The position numbers and the translations under genes are program-made. The notes beneath the pieces were generated by a model. It made no database searches. It had not been told where the DNA came from and was given only the letters and a program-made list of their open reading frames with translations. DNA of 64,000 bases, taken from positions 17,315 through 81,314 of the forward strand of contig DDWY01000017.1 in NCBI GenBank assembly GCA_002347705.1, in the 5' to 3' direction. Below are positions 1-8,760 of this stretch, in pieces. Numbering within the stretch: position 1 is the stretch's first letter; every line of letters begins with the position of its first letter. This stretch comes from Anaerolineaceae bacterium UBA2274 (GTDB taxonomy: Bacteria > Chloroflexota > Anaerolineae > Anaerolineales > Anaerolineaceae).

Positions 1-1136
1 TCAAAATTGGACATGATGCGGCTTTCCCTCACGGCATCCACGCCCATACAGAAAGCACCACCGCGTTTGCCAGGACGCTGCTCCGCGTCAATCCAGTGCT
101 TCTCAAAAGCACCCCGGGCGAACTCCGCCAGTTCAGGTGAAAAGCTGCCATAATGCTCCAGGATCAAATCGCGGGCTTCGTCGAAGGTGTATTCCTTGTT
201 GACTTCACCAATGGGGGCAAACAAGCTCCACCAGGGGAGTTTTTCAAAGCCGAGGATGCGAGCCTTGGCCTGGAAATAGCGCCTGAACATCGGCAGGGCG
301 TCGTCAATGGCTGCCAGCATCGCCTCGAGTGTGCCGCGGTCAATTCTCGCCTTCACCAGGGAGGAATGCAGGCAATCCTCACGACCACGCTTGCGGTCCA
401 ACGTCACGACTTCGCCTTTGACCCCGTTCAGACAGGCTGCCAAAGGCTCCTTCATCTCTTCGAACACTTGCTGCTCGCGCTTATAAGCCCGCTCTCTCAC
501 GTCCGCATCCGGATGCGAACGCAGGTTGATCAGCGCCGGCAGAGGCAGCGACTGCAGCTTACCATCCAATTCAAAATCGACACTTTTCTGCGAAGTGAGT
601 ACGCCCTGCAGGTCACCCCAGGCACTGCCGCCTGAAAGCGTCAGTTCATTGGCGAGGATTTCCTCTGGTTCAGACATCAGATAACGGCTCTCCCTCGCTA
701 TTTCCAGCAGACGAAAAGCATGATCATGTGCGGCGCCTGGAATTTGCAGTGCTTCATCCAAACGTTCGCCAAGTGCGCCCAGCCAGGCATTGATCCGCAC
801 GCTTAGATCCTGCAGCGGGAGCATGGCAATCGCCATTTGCGAATGCAATTTTTCAGCGGCTTTGTTGAAAGAATCGGTGGAAATGATTGCTCCCAAAAAG
901 GCGAAAATCTTGCCCGCATTCAGTTCCAGGGCGTTGGCGTTTTCAACGTAATCGTTCAGCACCTGGTTGAGTGCCTCAGGGGAAGTGGTTGGGTCAAGCA
1001 GAGGCAAATATTCGGTTTCGAATGCTTGGGTTGCTGCCTGGATGGATTCCTTGACGGATTCGATGTCTGCGGCGAGCGCCGGGTCGTTTAGGGAGAGATA
1101 GAGGTTTGAAAGATCCCATCGTGGGGGTGTGGTCAT
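1..1136 (-). CDS. M3B-family oligoendopeptidase (PepF-like), N-terminal ~378 codons; 3' end lies beyond the left window edge
   Basis: Not in the ORF track because there is no in-window stop. Manual minus-strand translation from ATG at 1136 (AAGGAG 6 nt upstream) stays open to position 1: MTTPPRWDLSNLYLSLNDP...RPGKRGGAFCMGV. The helical N-domain and the GKRGGAFC segment that precedes the HExxH site are typical of the oligoendopeptidase F family. Confidence 0.75.
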   Translation of the reverse strand, partial: MTTPPRWDLSNLYLSLNDPALAADIESVKESIQAATQAFETEYLPLLDPTTSPEALNQVLNDYVENANALELNAGKIFAFLGAIISTDSFNKAAEKLHSQMAIAMLPLQDLSVRINAWLGALGERLDEALQIPGAAHDHAFRLLEIARESRYLMSEPEEILANELTLSGGSAWGDLQGVLTSQKSVDFELDGKLQSLPLPALINLRSHPDADVRERAYKREQQVFEEMKEPLAACLNGVKGEVVTLDRKRGREDCLHSSLVKARIDRGTLEAMLAAIDDALPMFRRYFQAKARILGFEKLPWWSLFAPIGEVNKEYTFDEARDLILEHYGSFSPELAEFARGAFEKHWIDAEQRPGKRGGAFCMGVDAVRESRIMSNF

Positions 1137-1292
1137 AGTGAACTCCTTTTTGATAGATTAGGGAATTATAACCGAGCCCTGTGGCTTGTTGGGCAGAGTG
1201 CGTCATTTTGCCGGCTTTACAGGAATGGGATGGGTCCATGTGCCCGCAAAGCAGAGTATAGCTTCACAGTAGGTGCATGCATGGAATCGACC

Positions 1293-1446
1293 GTAGGGTG
1301 GGTTGGCGTCATGAGTTTTTAGAACAACAAGAGCCTTATATAGCTAACCCACCAATAAATAATCTCACCTATTCAATCGGTGGGTTGGCTTTTAAATGCG
1401 TGCCAAATTCCCTTCTCTCCTCACGCCAACCCACCCTACGTGGCTC
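1293..1446. repeat. Interspersed repeat family A, full copy (GGTGGGTTGGC ... GCCAACCCACC hairpin element)
   Basis: Contains gtagggtgggttggcg, ctaacccaccaat, cggtgggttggctttta and cacgccaacccaccctacg. The same ordered motifs recur at 6765-6895. The 3' half recurs at 7071-7138 and 62456-62520. Confidence 0.9.
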
Positions 1447-1448
1447 GC

Positions 1449-1486
1449 AAAAATTTATAAAAATACCCTGGGAAACCGGGGTATTT
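1449..1486 (-). terminator. Candidate rho-independent terminator downstream of the YugP-like peptidase gene
   Basis: 8-bp stem aaataccc (1461-1468) / gggtattt (1479-1486). On the minus strand it is followed by a T-rich run (plus-strand aaaatttataaaaa). It lies 19 nt after the stop at 1505. Confidence 0.5.
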
Positions 1487-1504
1487 GATCAGCATTCAAA
1501 ATTA

Positions 1505-2194
1505 TTATCGGCGTCTGCCGCTGGCGCGACCTGCCACCGAAATGTAATACAGCAGCTGCAAAATAGAGGTCGCAAGCCCTGCCACATAGGTCCACGCCGC
1601 GGCATCCAGCACCTGCTTCACACCCTTGCGCTCTTCTTCATTTGCAACCAAACCAGTCTGGTCCAGCATCTGGCGGGCGCGCTTGGAGGCGTCCAGCTCA
1701 ACGGGAAGGGTGATCAGCGAAAAGACCGCTGTGGACGAGAATAAAATCACGCCAATCATCGCCAGGTTCGCCATACTCAAAACCACGCCAATCATCACCA
1801 TAAATATGCCAATGTTCGAGCCAAAGCTCACCAGTGGCACAATCGCAGAGCGCAGGCGCATCGGACCATAACTGGTCTTATCCTGCATGGCGTGCCCAAG
1901 TTCGTGCGCCGTAATTGCCATCGCGGCGACTGACGGCTGATCTGCCACCCCCTGCGAGAGTGCCAGTGTGTCGTTGCGTGGGTCGTAGTGATCGGTCAGT
2001 GTGCCCTTAGTGCGGGTGACCTTCACATTTTCGAGCCCCACACGTGGCTTGAGCTGCTCAGCAGTGTCCATACCGGTCAGGTTATGGTAATTGCGCACCT
2101 GGCTCCACTTGCTGTAGGCAGATTTGACCTTAGCCTGAGCGAAAAGGCTCAGTAAAAGCCCGGGGATCATATAGAGTAAGTATTCAAAGTTCAT
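1505..2194 (-). CDS. Membrane zinc metallopeptidase, YugP / Zn_peptidase_2 family
   Basis: 229 aa. N-terminal TM MNFEYLLYMIPGLLLSLFAQ, HELGHAMQD zinc motif, C-terminal TM helices. Confidence 0.85.
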   Translation of the reverse strand: MNFEYLLYMIPGLLLSLFAQAKVKSAYSKWSQVRNYHNLTGMDTAEQLKPRVGLENVKVTRTKGTLTDHYDPRNDTLALSQGVADQPSVAAMAITAHELGHAMQDKTSYGPMRLRSAIVPLVSFGSNIGIFMVMIGVVLSMANLAMIGVILFSSTAVFSLITLPVELDASKRARQMLDQTGLVANEEERKGVKQVLDAAAWTYVAGLATSILQLLYYISVAGRASGRRR

Positions 2195-2241
2195 CGTATT
2201 CTCCTTGTTAGCGATATATTCTTATCAAACAACAGTACTTT

Positions 2242-3579
2242 TTAGGGCAATTCGCTGAGTAAGAGTTCTACGGCAGCATCCAATTGCGGATCGAGACCGG
2301 CGTCGTAGTCTTCCTGGGTATATTCCACGACCAGGTCCGGAGTCAGACCAATACCGTCGATCTGGTTACCGTTCGGGGTCAGCCAGCGCGCGATCGTAAT
2401 GCGCACGCCGCCTGGTTCAGTACGGAGGGGGATCCAGTTTTGCACTGAACCTTTACCGTAGCTGGTCATCCCAACCAGTTTCGCGCGTCCGTAATCCTGC
2501 AGTGCGCCAGCAGTGATCTCTGATGCTGAGGCGGAACCTTCATCAATCAAAACCACCAGCGGGATTTCCGTTGCCAGACCGCCTTTCTTTACCGGATAAG
2601 AGTCGCGGGAGCCATCACCATACTCCTCATAGAGCACCACGCCATCCTTTAGGAATTCCGAAGTGACCTCAACAGAAGTTACCAGATAGCCGCCGCCATT
2701 GCCGCGCAAGTCAAAAACAATGCCCTTGGGGTTCTGTGACAGCAAATCTTTGAGAGCTGCCCGCAATTTATCCGTCGCCAACTCATTGAAGGTATAGAGT
2801 GCTATGTATCCAACGCCGTCCTCACGCATCTTGTATTCCACCACCGGGATTTGGATCACGGCGCGGGTCACTGATATGTCTAAGATTTGCTCACCGCGCC
2901 GGATGGTCAAAACAATCGTGTCGCCAGCAGGACCCAGAATTCTCTGCAAAACCAGGTCTCCTGGAATGCCAGTCATGTCCTCACCATTGATCGCAATCAC
3001 CAGGTCTTGCGCCTGTATACCCGCTTTTTCGGCTGGGGAGCCTTTCATGGGAGAAATAATTTCCACGTAATCGCCGCTGGTATCCACCCAGGCGCCAATG
3101 CCCGTATACTCACCCTCCATCTCGGTGTTAGCCTGTTTGAATTGCTCGGGGTCCATGTAGGAGGTGTGCTTGTCGCCTGTGGCTGCCAGCATACCCTGAA
3201 TGGCGCCGCGCATTAAGGCTACATCGTCCAATGGTTGGTCAACAAAGTTCTCATGCAGCAGTCTCCAGCTCTCCCAGAAGGGATCAAAGAGCTCTTTCAG
3301 CTCTTCCGGCGTGGACGCGCTGGTATATTCCAGGCAATAACTGTTGGGAGTTGGGGCTGGCGGTAGCTCACCCTCAGCCTGCGGTTGGTCGCCATCGGAC
3401 GGCAGCTGGCTGCTTTCAGGTTGGGGTATAAGCGTCGTGCAGGTGTCGTAGCCCAATGCCTGCCGTATTGGGTTTTTTCGAAGCACGCTAGCAGCCCCAA
3501 AACCAAGGCCAAAGGAACCTGCCAGCAACAAAATTGCGACAAAGACCAGTAAACACGAACGAACTGTTTTATTTTCCAT
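2242..3579 (-). CDS. S41 carboxy-terminal processing peptidase (Ctp) with PDZ domain
   Basis: 445 aa. Signal/TM anchor, PDZ segment GIGAWVD...GSPAEKAGIQAQDLVIAINGEDM, catalytic region VVLIDEGSASASEI ... TSYGKGSVQ. Confidence 0.9.
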   Translation of the reverse strand: MENKTVRSCLLVFVAILLLAGSFGLGFGAASVLRKNPIRQALGYDTCTTLIPQPESSQLPSDGDQPQAEGELPPAPTPNSYCLEYTSASTPEELKELFDPFWESWRLLHENFVDQPLDDVALMRGAIQGMLAATGDKHTSYMDPEQFKQANTEMEGEYTGIGAWVDTSGDYVEIISPMKGSPAEKAGIQAQDLVIAINGEDMTGIPGDLVLQRILGPAGDTIVLTIRRGEQILDISVTRAVIQIPVVEYKMREDGVGYIALYTFNELATDKLRAALKDLLSQNPKGIVFDLRGNGGGYLVTSVEVTSEFLKDGVVLYEEYGDGSRDSYPVKKGGLATEIPLVVLIDEGSASASEITAGALQDYGRAKLVGMTSYGKGSVQNWIPLRTEPGGVRITIARWLTPNGNQIDGIGLTPDLVVEYTQEDYDAGLDPQLDAAVELLLSELP

Positions 3580-3603
3580 TACAACTCCATTTAAACCACC
3601 GCT

Positions 3604-4269
3604 CTATAACGGCGGTCCTTCAACAAGTTTATTTCCATTATTTGATAAAAAGTACGGCAGCTCCGTCAGATTCTTGATGACGGGATGTTTCGACGCGATC
3701 TCTTCAAAAGACACTCGCAGTGTCTGGATCCCCAGAGCTTTGGCAGCATCCAGGTTAGTCTCGAGGTCGTCGACAAACAAGGTTTCTTCTGGCTGAGGCG
3801 CGCCTGCAAGCTTCAGCGCGATCTCAAAAGCCTCAGCGTGCGGCTTGCACCACGGCTCAGTATCCATCACGTCGATTACACCCTCAAACAGCTCTGCGAC
3901 ACCCAACAGCCCCAGCACATTGTTTGCGTGCTGCCGGCTGGCGTTAGTGAAGATCCATTTTCTCTGCGGCAAAGAACGCAAAGCTGCCTTGAGCTGATGA
4001 TCGGGCTGGATTACCTTCGAGAGGTCCACTTCGTGCACAAATTCAAGATAATCCTGAACGTTGATCCCATATTCAATATTCAGACCGCGCATCGTTGTGC
4101 CGTGCTCCAAAAAAAGACGCTCCCGTTTTTCAGGGATCTCATTTTCCGGAATTCCCACAACTTGCTGCATGTATTGGAAGACCCGTTCAGTCAGGATCGG
4201 CCATACTCCGACCGAGGTCGGATAAGTGGTATCGTCAAGATCAATCAGCAGCGTTTTTACAGGCATCAT
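3604..4269 (-). CDS. HAD-superfamily hydrolase, pyrimidine 5'-nucleotidase-like
   Basis: HAD motif I LLIDLDDTTY, motif II IFTNAS, motif IV FVDDLETN. Start taken at the tandem ATGATG (4269/4266) that overlaps the TGA stop of the upstream LOG gene. The ORF track extends to 4284. Confidence 0.8.
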   Translation of the reverse strand: MMPVKTLLIDLDDTTYPTSVGVWPILTERVFQYMQQVVGIPENEIPEKRERLFLEHGTTMRGLNIEYGINVQDYLEFVHEVDLSKVIQPDHQLKAALRSLPQRKWIFTNASRQHANNVLGLLGVAELFEGVIDVMDTEPWCKPHAEAFEIALKLAGAPQPEETLFVDDLETNLDAAKALGIQTLRVSFEEIASKHPVIKNLTELPYFLSNNGNKLVEGPPL

Positions 4270-4859
4270 GGACGTTCCATCCAACGATTTATTCCATTAT
4301 CGGGGGTAAAGGCGTCCATTGATGAAAGCAGCATGGCAGGGTCATCATCTACAAAAAAGAAGCGCCGATGCTCAGGGTAAATGTAATTTTCCTCAATCGA
4401 CGCCTCAATCAAGGCGACCAAAGGATCATAATACCCCTCCACATTCAACAGTCCGACCGGTTTGTCGTGCAAGCCAAGCTGCGCCCAGGTGAGCGCCTCA
4501 AAGAGCTCAGCAAAGGTGCCAAAGCCGCCAGGCAGAGCGATCATACCATCGGCCAGTTGGTTCATGCGTGCTTGTCGCGCGTGAATATCCGGTAATATTT
4601 CCAACTCACTCAAGCCGGCATGCGCCAGGTGAGGCAGGTTCAGACCATCATTGATGACCCCAACCGTTCTCCCCCCTGAAGCCAACGCGCCATCTGCCAC
4701 CGCGCCCATCAAGCCGGTTTTCCCAGCACCATATATCAGCGTGCGACCCTGCTTTGCCAGCGTCTCCCCCAGCATCCAGGCAGCATCAAGATAGACCTGT
4801 TTCAGGTTGTCAGCCGATCCAGCGTATACAGTGATGTTCTTTCGAAAAGTTTCAGTCAT
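4266..4859 (-). CDS. LOG-family (TIGR00730) Rossmann protein, putative nucleotide 5'-monophosphate nucleosidase
   Basis: 197 aa. YGAGKTGLMG, PGGFGTFAELFEALTWAQLGLHDKP (PGGxGTxxE signature). Confidence 0.85.
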   Translation of the reverse strand: MTETFRKNITVYAGSADNLKQVYLDAAWMLGETLAKQGRTLIYGAGKTGLMGAVADGALASGGRTVGVINDGLNLPHLAHAGLSELEILPDIHARQARMNQLADGMIALPGGFGTFAELFEALTWAQLGLHDKPVGLLNVEGYYDPLVALIEASIEENYIYPEHRRFFFVDDDPAMLLSSMDAFTPDNGINRWMERP

Positions 4860-4925
4860 GGCAATCGATAACCCTAAAATTATACCCGCAAGAATTCTGC
4901 CCTCTGCTTCATTTGGAAACTTCGG

Positions 4926-5870
4926 CTAAGCATGCCGCATGTTGCGAATTTCACGGAATTTTTCTTTTTCTGCGGGGGTCATGTGCCCAGGCAGGTGCAG
5001 TTCGATATGCGCGTAGAGGTCGCCATGCTCGCTGGGATTTTTGAGTTTTGGCATGCCGAGTCCCTTGAGACGCATGGTCTTCCCGCTGTCAGTCCCTTCT
5101 GGAATGGTCAGGCGAACCGGTTTGCCCAGTGTGTCAACGCTGACTTCGCCGCCCAGGATGGCGGTGTAAATATCGACGGGCACGGTGACGATCAGATCAT
5201 CTCCCTTGCGGGTAAAGCTCCTGTGCGGAAGCACTTTTATCTTCAGGAACAGGTCCGCCCCGCCTGCCTGCCCGCTCAGGCGCACTTTGGAACCCGTGCG
5301 AACGCCTTGTGGGATGCTGGCTTCAATTTTCCTGCCGCCCTCGAACTGCAGCGTGCGTTTTGTGCCTGTATATGCTTCTTCGAGGGTGATCTCAACCTCG
5401 TGTTCCATCGGCTGAGCTCTCTGCGGGCTACGCGAAACAGGTCTACCGCTGCTGTAAGAAGGTCCGGCACTGAATCCACCTTGCCCAAAAAGCGTGTTAA
5501 AGAAATCCGAGAAGCCCCCCAGACCGCCAAACATGTCGCTGAACTCTTCCTGCGAAACAGTGCGGTATCCAGGCTGACCGCCTTGCGGCGCCTGCTGCCA
5601 TCTGCCCCAGTCAAAACCACCTGGCTGCCCGCCGGTGGACTGATAGCGCTGCCATTCCGAGCCAAACTGGTCGTATTTCTTGCGCTTTTCCGGGTCCGAA
5701 AGCACCTGGTAGGCTTCGTTCACTTCCTTGAACTTATCCTCTGCCCCTGAGTCTTTGTTCACATCAGGGTGATAGCGGCGTGCTAGTTTGCGATAAGCAG
5801 TTTTTATTTCGCCCTCAGTGGCGGTTTTGCTGACACCAAGTGTTTTGTAATAATCCTTATAATCCATCAT
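4926..5870 (-). CDS. J-domain co-chaperone, CbpA/DnaJ class II type (no zinc-finger domain)
   Basis: DYYKTLGVSKTATEGEIKTAYRKLARRYHPDVNK (HPD motif), G/F-rich linker, DnaJ C-terminal beta domains, no CxxCxGxG repeats. Start at MMDYKDYY. The ORF track extends to 5888. Confidence 0.85.
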   Translation of the reverse strand: MMDYKDYYKTLGVSKTATEGEIKTAYRKLARRYHPDVNKDSGAEDKFKEVNEAYQVLSDPEKRKKYDQFGSEWQRYQSTGGQPGGFDWGRWQQAPQGGQPGYRTVSQEEFSDMFGGLGGFSDFFNTLFGQGGFSAGPSYSSGRPVSRSPQRAQPMEHEVEITLEEAYTGTKRTLQFEGGRKIEASIPQGVRTGSKVRLSGQAGGADLFLKIKVLPHRSFTRKGDDLIVTVPVDIYTAILGGEVSVDTLGKPVRLTIPEGTDSGKTMRLKGLGMPKLKNPSEHGDLYAHIELHLPGHMTPAEKEKFREIRNMRHA

Positions 5871-5952
5871 TAATCCATTCCAGCCCAAAGCTGCTTAATA
5901 ATGCGTATATGATAACAGTCCATTGTTGAAATTCTATTAACCCCTTTGAATT

Positions 5953-6666
5953 TCAGGAAAGTTCCGCCATGTAGGGACCTCGGGCTGAGATGGGGAGTAA
6001 GGCGGCAATTTTTTCCATGATCGCCTGCCCCGCGGCTTTAACTTCAACACGCCCAGGCAGCTTACCGGGCTCACCGATAGCCAGCGGACCGAAAGGCTCA
6101 CCAATGCACGTTACCACACGGGCTTTACGACGTTTTCTGCTCAGGGTGCCAAAGATGTTCCAGTCATCCTCGCTAAATGTGCCCAATGGTAGGATCGGCA
6201 CGCCCAGGCGCAGCGCCATAAAAGCCGCTCCCGGAAGCGGAGTGCCCAGCGGGGGTTTGTGCACATGCCCCTCCGGGAAGATCCCCAGGATGCCGTCCTG
6301 AGAGAGGACTGCTTCAGCCGCGCGCATAGCTGCCAGGTTTGGCGTGCCCTGCATGATGCGCAGTGTGTCCCAAATGCGCGGGAAGAGCTTCATGCTCATT
6401 GGCGCGTTGGGCATTTCGGCATCGCCAATAAATTCCAATGGATACTTTGTGCTGTGAATGGGACCGATGGAATCCAAAAAGTGGAAGTGGTTCCCCACGA
6501 TCAGCAGAGGGCCCCTCTTGGGCAGGTTTTCCGTGCCATGGACCTCGTAATCTACTAAAATTTTTGCCAGTAAGTTGATCCCATCTCGCAGGAGGCCTCG
6601 ACGAAATTGGTGGCGTGGGTAACGATACTTGTCTAAATATTCGGATTTGGTTTCCTGTCTGCCCAT
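5953..6666 (-). CDS. PlsC-family lysophospholipid acyltransferase
   Basis: HX4D motif VGNHFHFLD and FPEGHV motif. Start placed at internal ATG 6666 (MGRQETKSEY). The ORF-track start is 6741. Confidence 0.75.
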   Translation of the reverse strand: MGRQETKSEYLDKYRYPRHQFRRGLLRDGINLLAKILVDYEVHGTENLPKRGPLLIVGNHFHFLDSIGPIHSTKYPLEFIGDAEMPNAPMSMKLFPRIWDTLRIMQGTPNLAAMRAAEAVLSQDGILGIFPEGHVHKPPLGTPLPGAAFMALRLGVPILPLGTFSEDDWNIFGTLSRKRRKARVVTCIGEPFGPLAIGEPGKLPGRVEVKAAGQAIMEKIAALLPISARGPYMAELS

Positions 6667-6764
6667 AGAACATCCTGTAAAAATAATATTATTTTGGTCA
6701 ATTATACGGCAAACCCGGACCACGATAAGCCGACGCACCACCTATTTACTTGTAGCAAGGGTGG

Positions 6765-6895
6765 GTTGGTGTTACATATCCTTAGCCTCCACGCATCTCG
6801 CTATAGCCTACCCACCAATCCGCGTCTTCATTTGGTGGGTTGGCTTTTAATCGCCTGCTTAACACAAAACCATTTTACGCCAACCCACCCTACAC
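6765..6895. repeat. Interspersed repeat family A, full copy
   Basis: agggtgggttggtg ... cctacccaccaat ... ttggtgggttggcttttaa ... acgccaacccaccctacac, collinear with the copy at 1293-1446. Confidence 0.9.
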
Positions 6896-6906
6896 AACTT
6901 TTGTTA

Positions 6907-7059
6907 TCTTGAGCGAAGTGAAGGATCTGGTTTTTAAAGACAAACTTCTTCGCAAAAGAGGCTAGAATGACAAGAACATTTAAGTTGCGCTCAACCCCTT
7001 ACACCTGGAGAAAAAAGAGAGATCTCCACAGTCGCTAACGCTCCCTCGCGATGACAAAA
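6907..7059. repeat. Three family-B palindromic units (TGTCAT(T/C)(C/G)(T/C)GAG...GCGAAGGATCT type) in mixed orientation
   Basis: tcttgagcgaagtgaaggatct (6907-6928). cttcttcgcaaaagaggctagaatgacaag (6946-6975, reverse orientation). gatctccacagtcgctaacgctccctcgcgatgacaaaa (7021-7059, reverse). Related units occur at 14.4-15.8, 37.2, 39.7-40.0, 48.6-49.0 and 57.2 kb. Confidence 0.8.
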
Positions 7060-7070
7060 GAGACTCATCT

Positions 7071-7138
7071 TCATTTGGTGGGTTGGCTTTTGATGGCTTG
7101 TCCGACACAAAACCTTCTCACGCCAACCCACCCTACAC
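7071..7138. repeat. Interspersed repeat family A, 3' half copy
   Basis: cttcatttggtgggttggcttttga...cacgccaacccaccctacacc. An 11-bp inverted repeat GGTGGGTTGGC/GCCAACCCACC flanks a ~40-nt loop. Confidence 0.9.
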
Positions 7139-7258
7139 CACTTTAGAATGATCTGGTCTTGTGTTATTAGATACTTCTCAAAAAAAGTTCAGAATGTCAG
7201 GGGTTTTCCGTCCGCCCTTTCCCCTTTTTAAGCATTCCTTGATGTTACAATTAATTCT

Positions 7259-8272
7259 ATGGATACGATTTTTCTAGGAAACTCTGTTCTGCATTGGCTG
7301 AAGGCTCTGGTGGTTTTCGCTGTGGTTCTCTTACTGCTTTTTCTTTTACGAACTTTCTGTCGCAAAAAAGTAAAACAAAATCCCAACCCAAAACTTCTCA
7401 CCCGCCTGCTCAGCCAGATCATCCTGCCAACAGCTCTGATTACGGCCATCTGGCTTGCGTCCCGCCTGCTCGAAATCTCTGAGCCAATTAACACTCTGCT
7501 TAGAGTCCTTTTGATTGCTTTGCTTACCGTCCAAATTGGTCGTTGGGCGGACTTAGGACTCAGCCACTGGGTCGATCAGCAAATTGAAAAAATGCCTGAC
7601 GACGACTACAACCGCCGTTCCTCACTGCGTGGGATTGCCATTATCGCCCGCATCCTGATATGGCTGGTAGCTGTGCTTGTCATCATCGAAAGTATTCCAA
7701 ACTTTGATATCGCCGGCATCATTGCCAGCCTGGGTATTGGGGGTATTGCCATCGGTCTCGCAGCCCAGAGCCTGGTGGCTGATTTACTTTCCAGCCTGAC
7801 CATTCACCTTGATAAACCCTTTGAACCCGGAGACTCTATCACAATAGGCGAATTTACCGGCACCGTTGAGAAAATTGGCTTGAAATCCACCAGCATTCGC
7901 AATCTTTCAGGGGAAGAACTTACTGTATCCAACTCTCAGATGCTGAAAACCCCACTCCGGAATTTTAGCCGCATGGAGGAAAGACGCGTTTCATTTACCA
8001 TCCAAATCGCCAGCAACACTTCCACTGAAAAACTCGCGCTCATTCCTGAATTGGTAGAGAAGGCCTTCGAGGGACTTGAAAACGTGCGTTTTACACGGGC
8101 CCACTTTCAAGCAGTGGCACTGACGGGTTTTGTTTTTGAGGTTGTGTATTTTGTGACATCCCCTGATTTCGCCCTTTTCGTGAAGGCGCAAAATCTCATC
8201 AATTATCGGATCTACCAGGATCTGCAAAACGAAGGGATCTACTTTAGCGTCATACCCGCAGTCCCGCTCTAA
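7259..8272 (+). CDS. MscS-family mechanosensitive ion channel
   Basis: 337 aa. N-terminal TM helices, the pore helix GIGGIAIGLAAQSLVADLLSS, and the beta-domain PFEPGDSITIGEFTGTVEKIGLKSTSIR. Confidence 0.9.
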   Translation: MDTIFLGNSVLHWLKALVVFAVVLLLLFLLRTFCRKKVKQNPNPKLLTRLLSQIILPTALITAIWLASRLLEISEPINTLLRVLLIALLTVQIGRWADLGLSHWVDQQIEKMPDDDYNRRSSLRGIAIIARILIWLVAVLVIIESIPNFDIAGIIASLGIGGIAIGLAAQSLVADLLSSLTIHLDKPFEPGDSITIGEFTGTVEKIGLKSTSIRNLSGEELTVSNSQMLKTPLRNFSRMEERRVSFTIQIASNTSTEKLALIPELVEKAFEGLENVRFTRAHFQAVALTGFVFEVVYFVTSPDFALFVKAQNLINYRIYQDLQNEGIYFSVIPAVPL

Positions 8273-8281
8273 GAGTAATCC

Positions 8282-8299
8282 AAGCCTGGAAACAGGCTT
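8282..8299. terminator. Hairpin between the convergent mscS-like and thioesterase genes (possible bidirectional terminator; no clear U-tract)
   Basis: aagcctg-gaaa-caggctt: 7-bp stem with a GAAA loop. Confidence 0.3.
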
Positions 8300-8341
8300 A
8301 CCAATCAGAAGATAATCGCGGGGAAAACCGAAAGAATCTTC

Positions 8342-8752
8342 CTAAAGCTTACTGGCTCGCTCCTGCAGTTCAATCTCTTCAAGCGTTTCTGCCTCAATGG
8401 TAATGCCGTGAGGACGCGACTTGCCGTGATCATCCACGTAAACAAAGGTCAGGAATCCATCCACCATCGGCTCTTCTTTGGTGGTCGCCTGCACATAGGC
8501 AATCAGGCGCGACCGACCGGTGAGCGCGATTTTTGATTCAAAACGAATGACTTCTCCAGGTCTTACCGGACGCTGAAAGGTCATCCCATGGATTTTGAGG
8601 CAGAGCACATACTGCGGCGGCAGTAAATCAGCCGCGGCGATGAACCCCGCCTCCACCATCCACTCCGCCCCTCTTCCCGCATATAAAGTATGGTGGTGGT
8701 TGAGGTCTTCGCCCTTCACCAAATGATGTATTGTCAATGTTTTCATGCGCAT
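8342..8752 (-). CDS. Hotdog-fold acyl-CoA thioesterase
   Basis: 136 aa. LNHHHTLYAGRGAEWMVEAGFIAA and the overall length fit YciA/acyl-CoA thioester hydrolase type hotdog proteins. Confidence 0.7.
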   Translation of the reverse strand: MRMKTLTIHHLVKGEDLNHHHTLYAGRGAEWMVEAGFIAAADLLPPQYVLCLKIHGMTFQRPVRPGEVIRFESKIALTGRSRLIAYVQATTKEEPMVDGFLTFVYVDDHGKSRPHGITIEAETLEEIELQERASKL

Positions 8753-8760
8753 GTTTCACC

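Noticed and set aside
153-1091. Plus-strand ORFs 153..635 and 837..1091.
   Set aside because: They are antisense to a continuous PepF-like reading frame that spans 1-1136 on the minus strand with a good SD and family motifs.
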